Assembly: GCA_900617105.1 (NCBI GenBank)
Contig: UYFQ01000704.1
Coordinates: 1-63,006, forward strand
Length of the DNA: 63,006 nt
Direction: 5' to 3'
Origin: Hydrurus foetidus
Taxonomy: Eukaryota
Every line of letters starts with the position of its first letter. Positions within the stretch are counted from its first letter, which is position 1. A program made the translations under genes and the position numbers. The notes below the pieces were generated by a model. The model was not told where the DNA came from. It was given only the letters and a program-made list of their open reading frames with translations, and searched no databases. Shown piece after piece: positions 41,459-54,010 of this stretch.

Positions 41459-43095
41459 ATGTCGTCTTCGATTCTGGAACAAATTCGTGTCAACCACGAA
41501 GTATCGGAGCTTTACGAAAGTGCCATATGTAAAGAACTTGACGTGAAGCCTGTCGGGGTAAGTTTTCTGCAAGCATACTGGCGCCTTTTTAGTCAACATG
41601 CAATTTTAATCATCAATACTAATATCGCCACAATTTTTACATATCGTAGCAAAAAGCAAAAACCAATCAGCAGCATAAAATATCGAATCTGCTGAATCAT
41701 CTTGTTCGAGCCAACGAAGATTTGGAAATACAATATGAGGACAAAGATGGCCTACTGCAGGAAGATGTTTCAGCAATACGCGGCATGAATATGTTTAGTT
41801 CATTCTACGAAGTACTGAACTCAACAAGGGAATACCATCAAAAATTCCCCAATGCAGCTATTGGATATCATGCCAAAGTAATCGACGCTGAAATTAATGT
41901 GCCCTTTTCAGGAGAAGAAATCTTTGGGAAATATCTGGATCTTCATACATTCCACTTGCGCTACAGTAATCTGGCGAATGTTGCATCCCGTGACCAAGAC
42001 TATCTACAATATTTAGATAGATTTAACAGTTTTTTTTTCATTCCGGAGAACAGCAAGGGATCGAAAGCTTACAATAGTTACGTGAATGATCTATGGGACT
42101 ATTTGCGCGGTTTCTTCCAGCGAGTGCAGCCTTTGGTAGATCTTAACGAGTCAGAATGGAGAGCGGAATTTGAGGAGAAGTGGTCCTCAGGGAAGATCTC
42201 TGGATGGAAGCCACGTATCACAGCTGCAACAAGAACAACTGATGCTGCGCCATTAAGACTGGGATTATTCAACGACCCAACAGAATTAGAAGCCCTCGGA
42301 GGGGACAGGCTGAAGGAGGTGTTGGAGTCCATGGGGCTGAAGTGCGGTGGATCTGTGAAGGACAGGGCGGAACGGCTCTGGTCCATAAGGGGGAAGAAAC
42401 CAGAGGAAATACCGCAGAAACTTAGAGCAAAGCCATCATCGACAGTTCCAAAGCACACCAATGGAGTGGAAAATGGAGAGAATGGCAGTAGCAGCAGCGG
42501 CAGTCATGATGATCCTCGCAAGTCCACAGCTTGGATAGAGTACAAGGTGATCAGCATTTGCGACTTCATGATGGACATAGTCACCGCCACTAGGCGCCAC
42601 ACGGAGAAGCAGCAGGCGAGATCGTTAGAGGAAAAAGAGGCAGAGATAGCGGAGGAGGAGTTCGGGTTGATCCCCGAGGACGAGGAAGAGAAGGCGGATG
42701 ATGATGATGACGAGCCGCTCTACAACCCTCTGAACCTCCCCCTGGGCTGGGACGGCAAGCCCATCCCCTACTGGCTGTACAAGCTGCATGGACTGGGCGT
42801 GGAGTATAAGTGTGAGATATGCGGTAATCAGAGTTACTGGGGCAGGAGGGCGTTCGACAAGCACTTCCAGGAGTGGAGGCACGGACACGGCATGCGCTGT
42901 CTGGGAGTGCCCAACACCAAGCACTTCCACGACATTACTCGCATCAGTGACGTGTTGGAACTGTACAAGAAGATCGGTCAGAAGGTGGGAGGGGAGACAT
43001 TTGTGGGTGCGGTGGAGGAGGAGTTCGAAGACACAGAGGGCAACCTGCTCAACCGCAGGACATACGAGGACCTGGCACGACAAGGACTGTTATAG
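41459..43095 (+). CDS. SF3A3: Splicing factor 3A subunit 3 (SF3a60/Prp9); exons 41459-41557, 41650-43095
   Basis: FSGEE.FGKYLDLH; SAP-like LGLKCGG..RAERL; YNPLNLPLGWDGKPIPYWLYKLHGL; zinc finger CEICGN..YWGRRAFDKHFQEWRH; EEFED.EGN....TYEDLARQGLL; GT-AG intron keeps the frame. Confidence 0.97.
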
Positions 43096-43762
43096 AACTG
43101 AGCAGAAGTGAACATATCGGATACAATAGGATAGGATAGGTTATGTGCTGTGGAGAAATGGAGTGGAGGACACAACATGACTGACATACATTACATCTTA
43201 CAATTCAGTGGTGGGTTAGGGTTGGACTGGACATGACGTTTGTTGACTTGACTTGACTTGCTGCTTTCTCACTGCACTGCACTTTTCAATTCATTTCGCT
43301 TTCTTGTTGACTTTACGAATGCTGTGCTTACACCACACTGCACTGCATAGCGTGCGCAATGTGTAGGTAGGTAAGCTGTTGTGCTACATCATCTTGATAT
43401 GACACCACTAATCAAAGAAAACGGAAGAGTAGGAGAGACTTATAGCCTGTGGATCAGCGGCTCAACTGAAATGTGTTTTTCGATTCAATAAAATCAATTT
43501 GAATCCAATTAAATTTAATTGAACTCCACAGTATGTTGGAAATAAAGCCCGGTCATCTTCATTTGAAAGTTTTTCGTTTAGATCACGTACGAATTTGTAA
43601 GATGTACAGATAGATAAAATGTACTGCGGCTGTAGAGTGATCAACTATATGACGAGATACGGCTAGTAGTGCCAAGATGCAACATGGAAATCAATGCAAT
43701 GCGATACAGTATGAAATGGCGAGGTGTGATCGTGTAGACACAGAGGAATGGAACGCTGTTAG

Positions 43763-46700
43763 TCAGGATGGTTGGACAGGCAGCAGCTTCAACAGTTCTT
43801 TGGAAGAGGGCTGGTCCCAAGTCGTCTCCTTGGTCAACCTGTTGTGGTAGTACTTAATTCCAGATGCCGGGTCCAGGTATTCTCCCCACAGGGTTTTGCT
43901 TTTCTGCACCCTTCGCACAGGGACAGTGACAGATACAGGGGACGGGATAGGGGCTGGAAGAGATAGAGGTGTGGATAGTGGGGAGCTGGAAGATGAGAAA
44001 CGGCTGTTCTGATACCTAGACTGTTCGTAGCTGTCATTGTCTATTCCAAGAGGGGAAGAGCTACTGGGAGTAGGAGTGCGTGTCTGTGTCTTCATCTGTG
44101 CGTGCGATTGCGATTGAGGCAATCTTCTGCACTCTATGGTCAATAGGGAGGGATACACATCGTAGCTGAAGGTGGCGCTGAGCCCCTCACCCTTCTCGTA
44201 TTCATCGCTACTGCCCTTCTGAGAGGTACCGTGTGGCGTCATTACATCCGCGTGGAGTGACCTCATCTTACCGCTATTGACATCGGCATAGCCAGCCTCA
44301 CTAGTAGTTCCTCTCTCTGCATTCCCTCTCTCAATGTCGAGTAATTTATACAGTGTCACGGACTCGTGAGAGCTGTCTCTTGCTAGATCAGGATCAATAC
44401 CTTTCCCTCTACTCCTCGCATGTATCGCTGGGGAAGACAGACGCATTCCACTGCCATTGAACTCTCTATCAGTGCTGTGCGGTGACCAGCAGGGCTCCAA
44501 CAATACCCTTGAGGGCTGACTGGCAGCAGACAGATCGCAAGTGAGAACAGATGAAGGGGAGGACGATGTTCTTCTGGAACGTTCTTCGTGCTTCACTGCG
44601 GAAGCCCTAAGGTCTTCGCATTCTGACGTGGCGTGTTGGAGCTTCAACTCAAGGTCGCTGTTTGTCTACATACGACAAGATAGGATAGGATAGGATAGCA
44701 TGCACAAGCGGGAAGAAGACAGACGTAGGGTAGGCATGAGAAGAATAGTTTGGGATGGCAGTAGTGCATGAATGAAGAGTTGGTGATGTAGATGGAGGCA
44801 CTGTAGGAAGAGGAGCGAACGGAATGATCGGAATTAATGCAGCAGCAGTGAAATTGATGTAGTCTCTCCGACTGCACAGCACTCAACGAGACAAAAGAAC
44901 ACAATGCAAGCCTTGAAGATCAAGACGTGTAGACAACACAGATTAAAACACGTTTAGTGCAGAGGAGAAACGAAGTCTTCAAAGATGACGCACGTGGCAT
45001 CACATTGCACCACACTACCTTGAGGAAGAGTTCTTTGGCTCTGGCTAATTCCTCCGCTTGCAGCAACACATTTCTCTCCATGAGGGTCATGCGGTCCACC
45101 AACCCATTCTCTCCTACACCCTGCAATAGGCGGTCAGCGGCGTAACTCTCTTCTACGTGCCCTGTCACGCCTGAGCGAGATCGAGATCTAGACCCGACTG
45201 CAGAGAAGAAGGGGGACAGCGCTGTGGGCACAAGACATCCACTATTATCATTTCCGTTCCAATCACTATGACTATTCGTGTCATCGTTGCCTGTACCATT
45301 CCCGTTGCTGAGACTGCTTCTACAACTGTTATTGTCACTGTGGGTGTGATGGTTGTTGCCGTCGTTGTTGAGGGAGGGGGCATCGCGCACATGTACAGCG
45401 GAAGGGGAAGAAGAGGAGGAGGGAGAGAGGGAGGGGGCGGACAAAGGCCTGTCGGAGTGCGACCTGCTCTTCACCTTGCTGAGCAGCCACGTGTGATACT
45501 TCTGCAGCCACTCCGCTGACAGCGCCTCGCCCCCCATGTCGGGGGGACTATCCATGTTCATGTCCATTTTAGGGGGACGATACGCTGCTGACCCAGACCC
45601 CGCTATACGCTCTGCTGCTCTATCTCTATTCAACGCATGCGTGATCTGCATGTCTGACACCGTCTCTGCTCCGGCCGCACTATCGTCTCCGATATCTCCA
45701 TCTGTATACACTTCCCGTTCTCTTCCCGTATAATTAGCAGGATCTAACGGTGAGCCGGATGCTTGGTAGGACGCTGATTTTAACTTGAACCTGGACATAG
45801 ACCGAGATCTGGATCCAGTTCTGTCGGATATAGCAGCAGTAGACTGTTTGTGGGGAGATCCGTTCTGAGAGAAAACCAGCGCTGTGGAGGGGTAGAGCAA
45901 GCTAGATGAGGAGGTGAGTAGATCTGGTTGGTGAGATGCTCTGCTGGGTGACTGACTAATCCTTTGAGCTCTCTGCTTTGCGACGACACTACTTGATGTC
46001 GCATATCCGCTCGAAGTGCTGATGCTGTCTCCTTCCCTCTCCCTGTCCCTGTGCGTGTCTCCACTTCTGTCGGTATCCCTTTTTCTGAAGGGTTTGACCC
46101 GACTGACAACAGGATCGGCTGCATTTGATATTATTGGCGTTGGAGGGTACTCTCGCTTATTTCTTTCGTGTAACTCTAGACCCTGTTCATCAGAGCTTTC
46201 CCTCTCCTCCTGAGCATTCTCAATCGGCAGTGGGATAGAAGGCGCGATGCCTGTTAGTGCAGCTTCACCGCATCTATTTAATAGAAACTCCACCATTTTC
46301 TTCAACTCCACTATTTCTCCTTTGCAACTCAGCAATTCTGCTGAACTAGCATCTAATGACTGTTCCTCAATAGGGACAGATCGATTGGGCGTGAGGTGCA
46401 GGGAGACCTTGATGGCCCGACTGGCGAATTTAAGAGTCGACAGTGTTTCCTCATAGCACGCAGCAGAGGGAGAGAGAGTGACGATGAAGGCACTCCTAGT
46501 GTTGCCTCCTATGCTGTGTTGCAGGATTCTCGTGAGTTTGCTGTCTCTATACGGAATGTGTGCTCTCGATTTCTGCAGCAGCGCTGAGATACAATTGCTC
46601 AGAGAGCTAAGGCTCTTGTTTATACTACTCAACTCCCTAATCCTGTCGTTTGAAACATTAGCCAACCGATGCACTTTGATCTTCTCAGATCCAGCCAAAT

Positions 46701-47583
46701 CGACCAGGCTTATTTTAGATTTAATTCCCAGAGAAGTGACGGGATCGGATAACTCGATGTGAGCCTGGAAGATGGTGTGGGATCTGCTGGAGTGCTCGTT
46801 CAAGTCAGTCGCTGCCACAGACCGGGCTCTCGCCCCAGTCCACAGAATTTCCAAGACCTCTTCAACGCTCTCCACCTCTACTAATGTGAGACCCGCCACA
46901 AATATGTCCCCGCTCAGCTCTCTAATGTCCAGAGTGTGCCTCGAAGTAGGGGCAACGCTGAAATTAGGCCCCACCACAGATGTGTTCACCTTGACTGGAC
47001 TGACAGATGATGGATCATTGCCACTCAGTAGATCAACGAGTCGTTCATTGTGTATCTCCAAATAAGAAACGAAAACTTTTACTGTGCACTTATTTTCTCT
47101 GAGGGCATTTGTATTGGCGAAGAGCCATTCCATGGTGCGGGGAATAATTCCTGTGCTGGCAGGGCTGCACGTCAAGTCTGTTAAGACTGATTGATGGAAG
47201 CTGAGATTATCTCTCATGACGTGTCCTTTAGAACTTTTTTGCAGAGACTCCCGCGCAATTGCCCATAAGTCGTACCCAAGCATCGAGTACGTTTTACCAG
47301 ACCCACTCTGTCCATAAGTAAATATCGTTGTATTATATCCATCGAGTGAACTCCGCAGCATGGGCTCTATCTGTAAGAATACGTCATTTTGAGATGACCC
47401 TTCGTCGAGGACACTATCTAGTTGGAACTTTTTTCCAAGTTGAGTCGGAGAACCTAATCCAATGGGCTTCACGGATAGACTACTGCCAGAGACTGTTATA
47501 ATGGACTCCTCTCTTCTCGATAGTTCGTTTTTAGAGAGCGGTCTTACCCGTGCTATGACAACTAATCTGTCACTGCTGTTCAT
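43763..47583 (-). CDS. Kinesin-family protein: N-terminal motor, long disordered Ser-rich tail, C-terminal WW domain; exons 47583-45019, 44665-43763
   Basis: ARVRP; P-loop GQSGSGKT; switch I NEHSSRSH; switch II DLAGSE; HIPYRDSKLT; spliced in frame (ELFLK|TNSDLELKLQ) to WW W.EYLDPASGIKYYHN..TKETTWDQP. Confidence 0.9.
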
Positions 47584-47925
47584 GTTACATTTAAATTATG
47601 GTGCGGTAGTCAGTCACAAGGTCAGGTCGCGTAAGTTGCCCTTCCAGATTCCTTGACTATCTCCACGACTTATTCTAATCGAGGAGAACGTTGCAGACAT
47701 CGTTGACTTAATCGGTTTGTTCGATCAACTACAGCCCCCCGAACTTTCTTGATGGAATAGTGGGTAGTTCGTCCAACTCGAGCTGGTATGTAATCGGCTG
47801 ATCTGGAGTAATTAAATTCAAAATCTTACCGGAGAGCATGTCCAGCAAGTGTACACCTATATTTGGTATTGTGGTTTCACTTTTTTAACTTTTAATTGGC
47901 AGCAGATCCCCCCCAGAGAGTTGTG

Positions 47926-48652
47926 AAAAACACTGCGCGCCATCAGGGAAGTCAACTCGGCAACAAAAATTTACCGACCAGGGGGGTCTATTTGCAAAAA
48001 ATCTTGGTCCCTGGGTCAGATTCTAGAAAAAAATAGTAATTTCGTACCGAGACCATAAAACCGAGATGTTTTTCGTACCGAGGGCGAAGCCCGAGGTTCG
48101 AGGTTTATGGTCGAGTGTACGAACGTTACTTTTTATTCCGATGGGTTCATAAAGACCCGTTTCGGTCCTGCGGGTCGAAAAGGAATTTTTTTCGTACCGG
48201 AGGTGCGAAAAGGATTCCTTTTCGACCCGCGCGTGAAAACGGTGAAATCTGGCCGGAAGCTCATGACCGGAAAAGGGTCTTTTTATCCCTCAGGTTTCAT
48301 AAAGACCCTTTTCCGGTCATGAGCTTCCGGCCAGATTTCACCGTTTTCACGCGCGGGTCGAAAAGGAATCCTTTTCGCACCTCCGGTACGAAAAAGATTC
48401 CTTTTCGACCCGAAGGACCGAAACGGGTCTTTATGAACCCACCGGAATAAAAAGTAACGTTCGTACACTCAACCATAAACCTCGAAGTATTTCGAACCTC
48501 GGGCTACGCCCTCGGTACGAAAAACATCTCGGTTTTATGGTCTCGGTACGAAATTACTATTATGAACCCTGAGGGATAAAAACGAAATTAGACCCCCCTG
48601 TCGGCAAATTTTTGGTGCCGAGTTGAGTTCTCTGATGGCGCGCGGTGTTTTT
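47926..48652. mobile_element. Composite fold-back: outer ~64-bp imperfect inverted repeats enclosing two nested, opposed copies of the 4467-4722 element (~530-bp palindrome 48032-48561)
   Basis: Outer IR 47926-47990 / 48589-48652; inner arms 48032-48282 and 48301-48561 are reverse complements; the tail ATGAACCCTGAGGGATAAAA occurs both inverted in the loop and after the right arm. Confidence 0.85.
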
Positions 48653-50384
48653 ATGGCGTGCCAAAGGTGTTTTTATTATTTTCACCGTTTTCCCGAGGAT
48701 CCCGTACTTTCTCCTACCCTCGCATCTCCAAACTCCAAACCATCATACTCCTCTCAACTCATAGCACTATAGAAAATGCAGCTTCACTCCAGTTGGAAAA
48801 GTGAATCAGCAGTTCCTCTAGATGCCTATCATAGCAGCTATAGCCGCTACTCCTACCTTTGGAAATTTTCATCACGAGAGAAATCAAGCATTCCGAAGAC
48901 TCATGAAAACAGGAGATTTCACCATCTCCAAACCATACAGAGTATCTGCGACAGCAGGTAAGACTCTTCTAACGCTTGATTCTTGCTTGAACATGCACAA
49001 AAATCTAGCTACTGAACTCTAATACGTCAAAGGCTGACGCCAAATGTTCCATTCCACCGAAAATTTTTGATGCCATTTTTGTCTAAAAAAATATTTCCTC
49101 TCTATTTTGCAACTGAGCCGCTCAATTCACACGAAATTCTGAGCGAAGTAGCAAAGTATATCTGTCATGATGCTTGCAAATTCTTAGCGTCTCATGTATT
49201 ATGTGGCATTTGCTGTTATAGTTACAAGCGTTCAAAAACATCACCTCAATATCACCGTCACCTTTGCAAATATCTCGCGGATTATTGCTCTGCTGATAAA
49301 ACAGAATATTGTGGTCATTACATTACACACTGAATAGAATGTCTTGAAGATTTCGCAGTAGAGCATAACAAATTGTAATTAAAAGCATTCTTATCCTGAG
49401 AAAAGTGCTCTTTCATGGACAGTTTTTGAATCTTCTATATGCTTCTGCAGAATGCTGTCAGCGAAACTGCAATCACAAAATTGTTTCCTAGCGCTGGTAG
49501 CAGTGCACTTATTTGGTGCTTACCACCCCCTAAAAGATTCAGTAATCTCAAAAAACGGAAATGGAAATCCAATGAATTTCTTGGTGCTTACCAGCCCTTT
49601 TTTCAATAATTTTAATAGCTTTTGCGGTACTGTGAATTGATAAAATCTGAGTAAGCTGATCGACTCAAAATTTAATTTCTGACATCATGGTATTCTCAGA
49701 TAAAAATTTGGAGAATTTTTATGTGATTCCTATGTTAAAGAGTGCTTTTTCACCATTCAGCCGTTTTGAAACAGAAAACCGTCGTTTTGGCATGCATCCA
49801 AAAAGGGTCTCATAACGAATTCTCATTGTCGAAACTTGTGAAGACGTCGTGATTCCCTACTCTACAATAATCTGTCTGACAGCACAGCACATTTGACTCT
49901 TTGGCGCTGGAGCTGGCAAACAGCATGCTGTTCTCTGGCTGATCTGCCTTACAAGGTGATGTAAAAATTTGCAACTTTCATGCTTTTGAAGCCTATTTCA
50001 CGGAGCACAGTTCTCGATGCGATGCCTTCATTTTTTCTGCTCCTCACCAACATTCTTACACTCCGATTGAGGCAAAGAGGTTTCAGAGACGGTCGAGAAG
50101 CACTATGGACAAGGTTTAGCAACTGTCAGATTGCTTGCAAGAGGTAAAATTAGAAAGCGTCTGACCCTCTCATGCCTCAAATTTTGACCCAAAAATGCAT
50201 GACTGTTACATGTTAAACGGACTCGTCTCAGCTATCTATTACTTGTCGTTTGAGACCTGATGTTGCGTGGTCATTTGCAGCGTTTCCACTTAATTATTTT
50301 TCCCGCGAACTCTTGCAAATCTAAAATCCCTCCCCCAAAATTCTTCCACATGATGAGGAGCTAATAGATTGTGGTTGAAAGGGA

Positions 50385-50875
50385 GGTTGGCGAGCTGCAA
50401 GTGCTGGAGCTATAAGCACTGGCAGCTCGTCAACCTCTGCTTTAATGAAAGCAGAGCTGAGGCAGAGCGGATGGGTGCCGAGCTGCTAGTGCAGGATTAG
50501 TAAGCACTGGCAGCTCGCAACCCTTAGAATGAAGGAGATGGAAACGTGGCAGAGCGGATGGGTGACGAGTTGCAAGTGCAGGAGCATTAAGCACTGGCAG
50601 CTCGTCACCCTTATAATGGAAGCGATCGAAGCTGTGGCAGAGCGGATGGTGGCGAGCTGGAAGTGCAGGAGCAGTAAGCACTGGCAGCTCGTCACCGTGA
50701 AAGCGATTAAGAGAACAACTGTGGCAGATAACAGATGGGTGGCGAGCTGCAAGTGCTGGAGCTATAAGCACTGGCAGCTCGTTACCCTTTCAACGAAAGT
50801 GACTAATGCTACGGCAGAGCGGATGGGTGGTCAGCTGTAAGTGCAGGAGCAGTAGGCACTTGCAGCTAGCTACCC
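50385..50875 (+). repeat. Tandem array of six 51-nt hairpin units with 36-39-nt linkers
   Basis: Units start at 50385, 50473, 50560, 50647, 50737 and 50825; consensus GGGTGGCGAGCTGC-A-AGTGC-N11-GCACT-G-GCAGCTCGTCACCC. Confidence 0.9.
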
Positions 50876-52409
50876 AAGGATACCCTATCACTCCCACACC
50901 TTCTAAATTCATTCCTCTCTCGAGGGACGTCACCAATGAATCGTTTATCATCTCGATTTTCTGTTTCCTCTTCTACTTCCTCCTTTTCTTGTTTTCCTTT
51001 TTCCTTATGTAAGAAAGTGTTGCACGAAGCATCTTAATTGTCCTTCTACTTTTTTCACTTGCGTCCTCTGGTGCTGATTTCGGTGTCGACAACACATTGG
51101 TAATTGACGCCTGGGCTAATGCAGCAGGACTGACAGTATTTGTATTGAATTTCTTCACACTCGGTGGAGAAACGCTGATTGCGCAGTCTTGCAAAATTTC
51201 GTCGGTAAGCACCCGCACTGCAGAAATGGTGTCGACGAGTGACTCGCAGAGAATTGCAGTCTCTCTCTCCATGAATTATATCTGATACCCACTTTGAAAC
51301 GTGTTTCCGCCACTCCCAATTGTGTTTTATTTCCTTTTGCATCTCTGGAAAGTGAACCGATTGGGATATGGTAGGATTCATGAGTCCAAGCTTAATGCTA
51401 TCAGCATCCGCAAAGAGAGACGATCGATTGCCTTGTTCCAACTTCTGGAGGACTTCTGCAATAGATGCTGCAGTATGAAAGACAGGTGCTGTAGGGCGAA
51501 ACCTGACGACCATGATCGCAATTGCTTTCGAACATGTTCTCAGAAGTGTATCAGAGAAGTGGAAGCTTCCAAAAATTGTCATTTGAGGACTGTTTTGCTT
51601 GGAGGTTATTGCAGATATCCTCAGCAGATAGTATGCTTTGCCCAATTTGGCAAAAAGCTCCAAGCAGGAGTCCCTCGTTGTTTCAAGAATTGCAACTGAA
51701 GGCTTCAAAAAGTAGCACTTTTTTCAGGAAAATCGCTTAAATTACAATGTCGATTGAGTTATCAATAAAGCACTGCACTGTAGCAAAGAAACTACGGCGA
51801 GAATAATGGCCGACTCAGATTTTGATTGAAATGATTCCCTATCTTGCTGCAGTGTTATTTCTGTGATGGTGTGTAGAGATATTATACCAAGTTGAGGTGG
51901 GTGTCAGTCCAGCATATTCATGCATGATCTGTTAGCATAGTTTCATCTGTAGATTAGCATTCACATGTCACAAGTAGTGTAGCGCTTCCTCACCCAAAAC
52001 ACCGCCATACACTGTTGTGTACATACGCTCATCGTTCTTCTAGCGATATCCCCCTTCGGGGCCATCACCAAGCATCCGGTTTTTCACCACCAAGCATCCG
52101 GATTCCCACCAGGTATCCGGTTTCCACCAAGCATCCGATTTCATGAGCAGCGAGGGTTCCGCCCATTGCTCAATCGCCAACTTGAATATTCGCTGAATAT
52201 GTTTCCACTTCGGCGATCACCATTTCATGCACAATGGATGCTTTGCTCTGCTTCTCTGATGGTTGTCTTCTCTGATATCATCGCCAGTTGTTTTACTACT
52301 TGATCGTTGTAAGTAAACACGTCTTCCGAGACCACTTCCATCAGCCAGTCTTTCCTTTGCGCTTCCGCAGCCAACAGGTAGCTCGCTTCACTCCACAGTC
52401 TGACTCACA

Positions 52410-52421
52410 TGGTAGCGATTG
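52410..52421 (+). promoter_or_regulatory. Primer-binding site (TGGTAGCG..., probably initiator-Met tRNA type)
   Basis: TGG directly after the LTR's terminal CA; resembles the Ty1 tRNAi-Met PBS TGGTAGCG. Confidence 0.7.
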
Positions 52422-52499
52422 CATAGAAAGTTCAGCAATCATCGATATAGTATCAATATATCAACGGTATCTCAACACAACAGATATCTCAAGTCGGCC

Positions 52500-54010
52500 A
52501 TGATGCTACGATCGTCCGACAACACAGACCAAAACAACGAGGAATACCATGACCCAACTGGGCTAGAGACTCCCAGCCGCGCCCAGCTGCCGCGCATGCT
52601 CTCCATGACCCTTGCAGAGTTCGATCAACGTGTCGCCGAGGCCATAAGAGCCCAAACTCAAAATTTGGTCACCAGCTCGACGGCAAATCGTCAAAATCCT
52701 TCGACACCAAACCGACCTCGACGAGGCTCCCATGCAGAGGAAGCCACGCCACCGCGCCAAACTTTGGCAGAAGTTTCAGCACATGGGATATCATATAATG
52801 CCGCTTTGGAATCCGTTTTGGAGCTAAAACGGCTAAAACTCGATCTCGTTCTGACGACCTCTTCAGAAATGGATAGCATCAAGCAAAACCAGATCACCAC
52901 AACGACTGTGGGATCTAACAAGCGCTTCAAAGCTCTTGACAACATGCTCCATGTCGTTGGACTCTACCCAATGGCGATGGGCACGCGTCGCGAGCCAATC
53001 CCAACGAGACTTAACCCATCAGGATACTCGGAGCCTACAACGTCGGAGAATTTGGATGGCACCTTCAATTATGTACCCGCCGACGATGTTACACGATGGG
53101 CCCACGACAAGAAACGTCTCTACAACGTCATGTTGAACGCTTTCAGCGAGTCTACCCACTATCTATGTGCCGATTCCTTTACCTCTCGCGATGGGATCGC
53201 TATTTATAAACGTATGCACAAGCACTACTACGGACATACTGAAGCAGACATAAACCGACTTAGGCGACTTCTACAAAACTTCAAGGGCTCCACGGCTACT
53301 TGTTTTCAAGAGGATTTAGTGAGGTTTACAACGTTAATGACAGAATTCGAGTATGCCCAGGCCAGACCGAGCACCGAGCAGGAGCGCCTTCAATTCCTTC
53401 ACAACGCCTTCATGAACGACCACCGCCCCAACACCAAGTCCTACTTTATGTCCTGCCATAGCAACATGCTAACATATCACCAAACTTTGGAGAGAGCCGT
53501 TGTATATTCCGAGTATGCCCTCCTCCAAGACAAGCCGGTCAAGATAGCTGCCTTGTCCACTACCCCTGAAGCCTGCCGCAAGTTCCTCGCTGGTACCTGT
53601 CTTCTCGGCAACAAGTGCAAGTACTATCATGCTCCTGCTAAGCAACCGGCAGCGATACCTCCCTCTGGCAAAACGCATCCTCCTGCCCCACCTGGATCCG
53701 CTCCAGTCACGGACAAGAACCGGATCAAAGCCAAGGGCAAGTACCCTCCCAAGCAGACCTTCCCAGTGACGAGTATTGATGGTCGCGTCCCTTACCTCAA
53801 GAGCAACATTCCCATGAAGCTTCTTACCAACGGACCCAACATCAACCCTGAGGACGGATGGCAGAACAACACGCTTTTGGATAACGCCGAACCCTCCGGA
53901 TATGTGCGCTTCTCCCTCAACATGTTCCGAGTCACCGACACTGACCCAGCACCTCCTCCGGATACACCGTCTGATCCTCCTCTCGAGTTAGCACTTCCGC
54001 CAGGACTCCC
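52500..54010 (+). CDS. gag: Copia Gag with CCCH zinc finger (copy A; the ORF runs on out of frame into IN sequence to 54263)
   Basis: Copia-gag-like helical region (DGIAIYKRMHKHY); C-x7-C-x5-C-x3-H at 53574-53630; Pro-rich tail. Confidence 0.8.

Noticed and set aside
50385..50875. True CRISPR array
   Set aside because: Eukaryotic context, no cas genes, degenerate repeats, and linkers partly similar to each other. Kept as a hairpin-array finding instead.
48700..51900. Possible decayed minus-strand gene or transposon around the hairpin array (ORFs 50973-51272, 51055-51708)
   Set aside because: Fragmented frames with no recognisable domain or termini; not supportable by eye.
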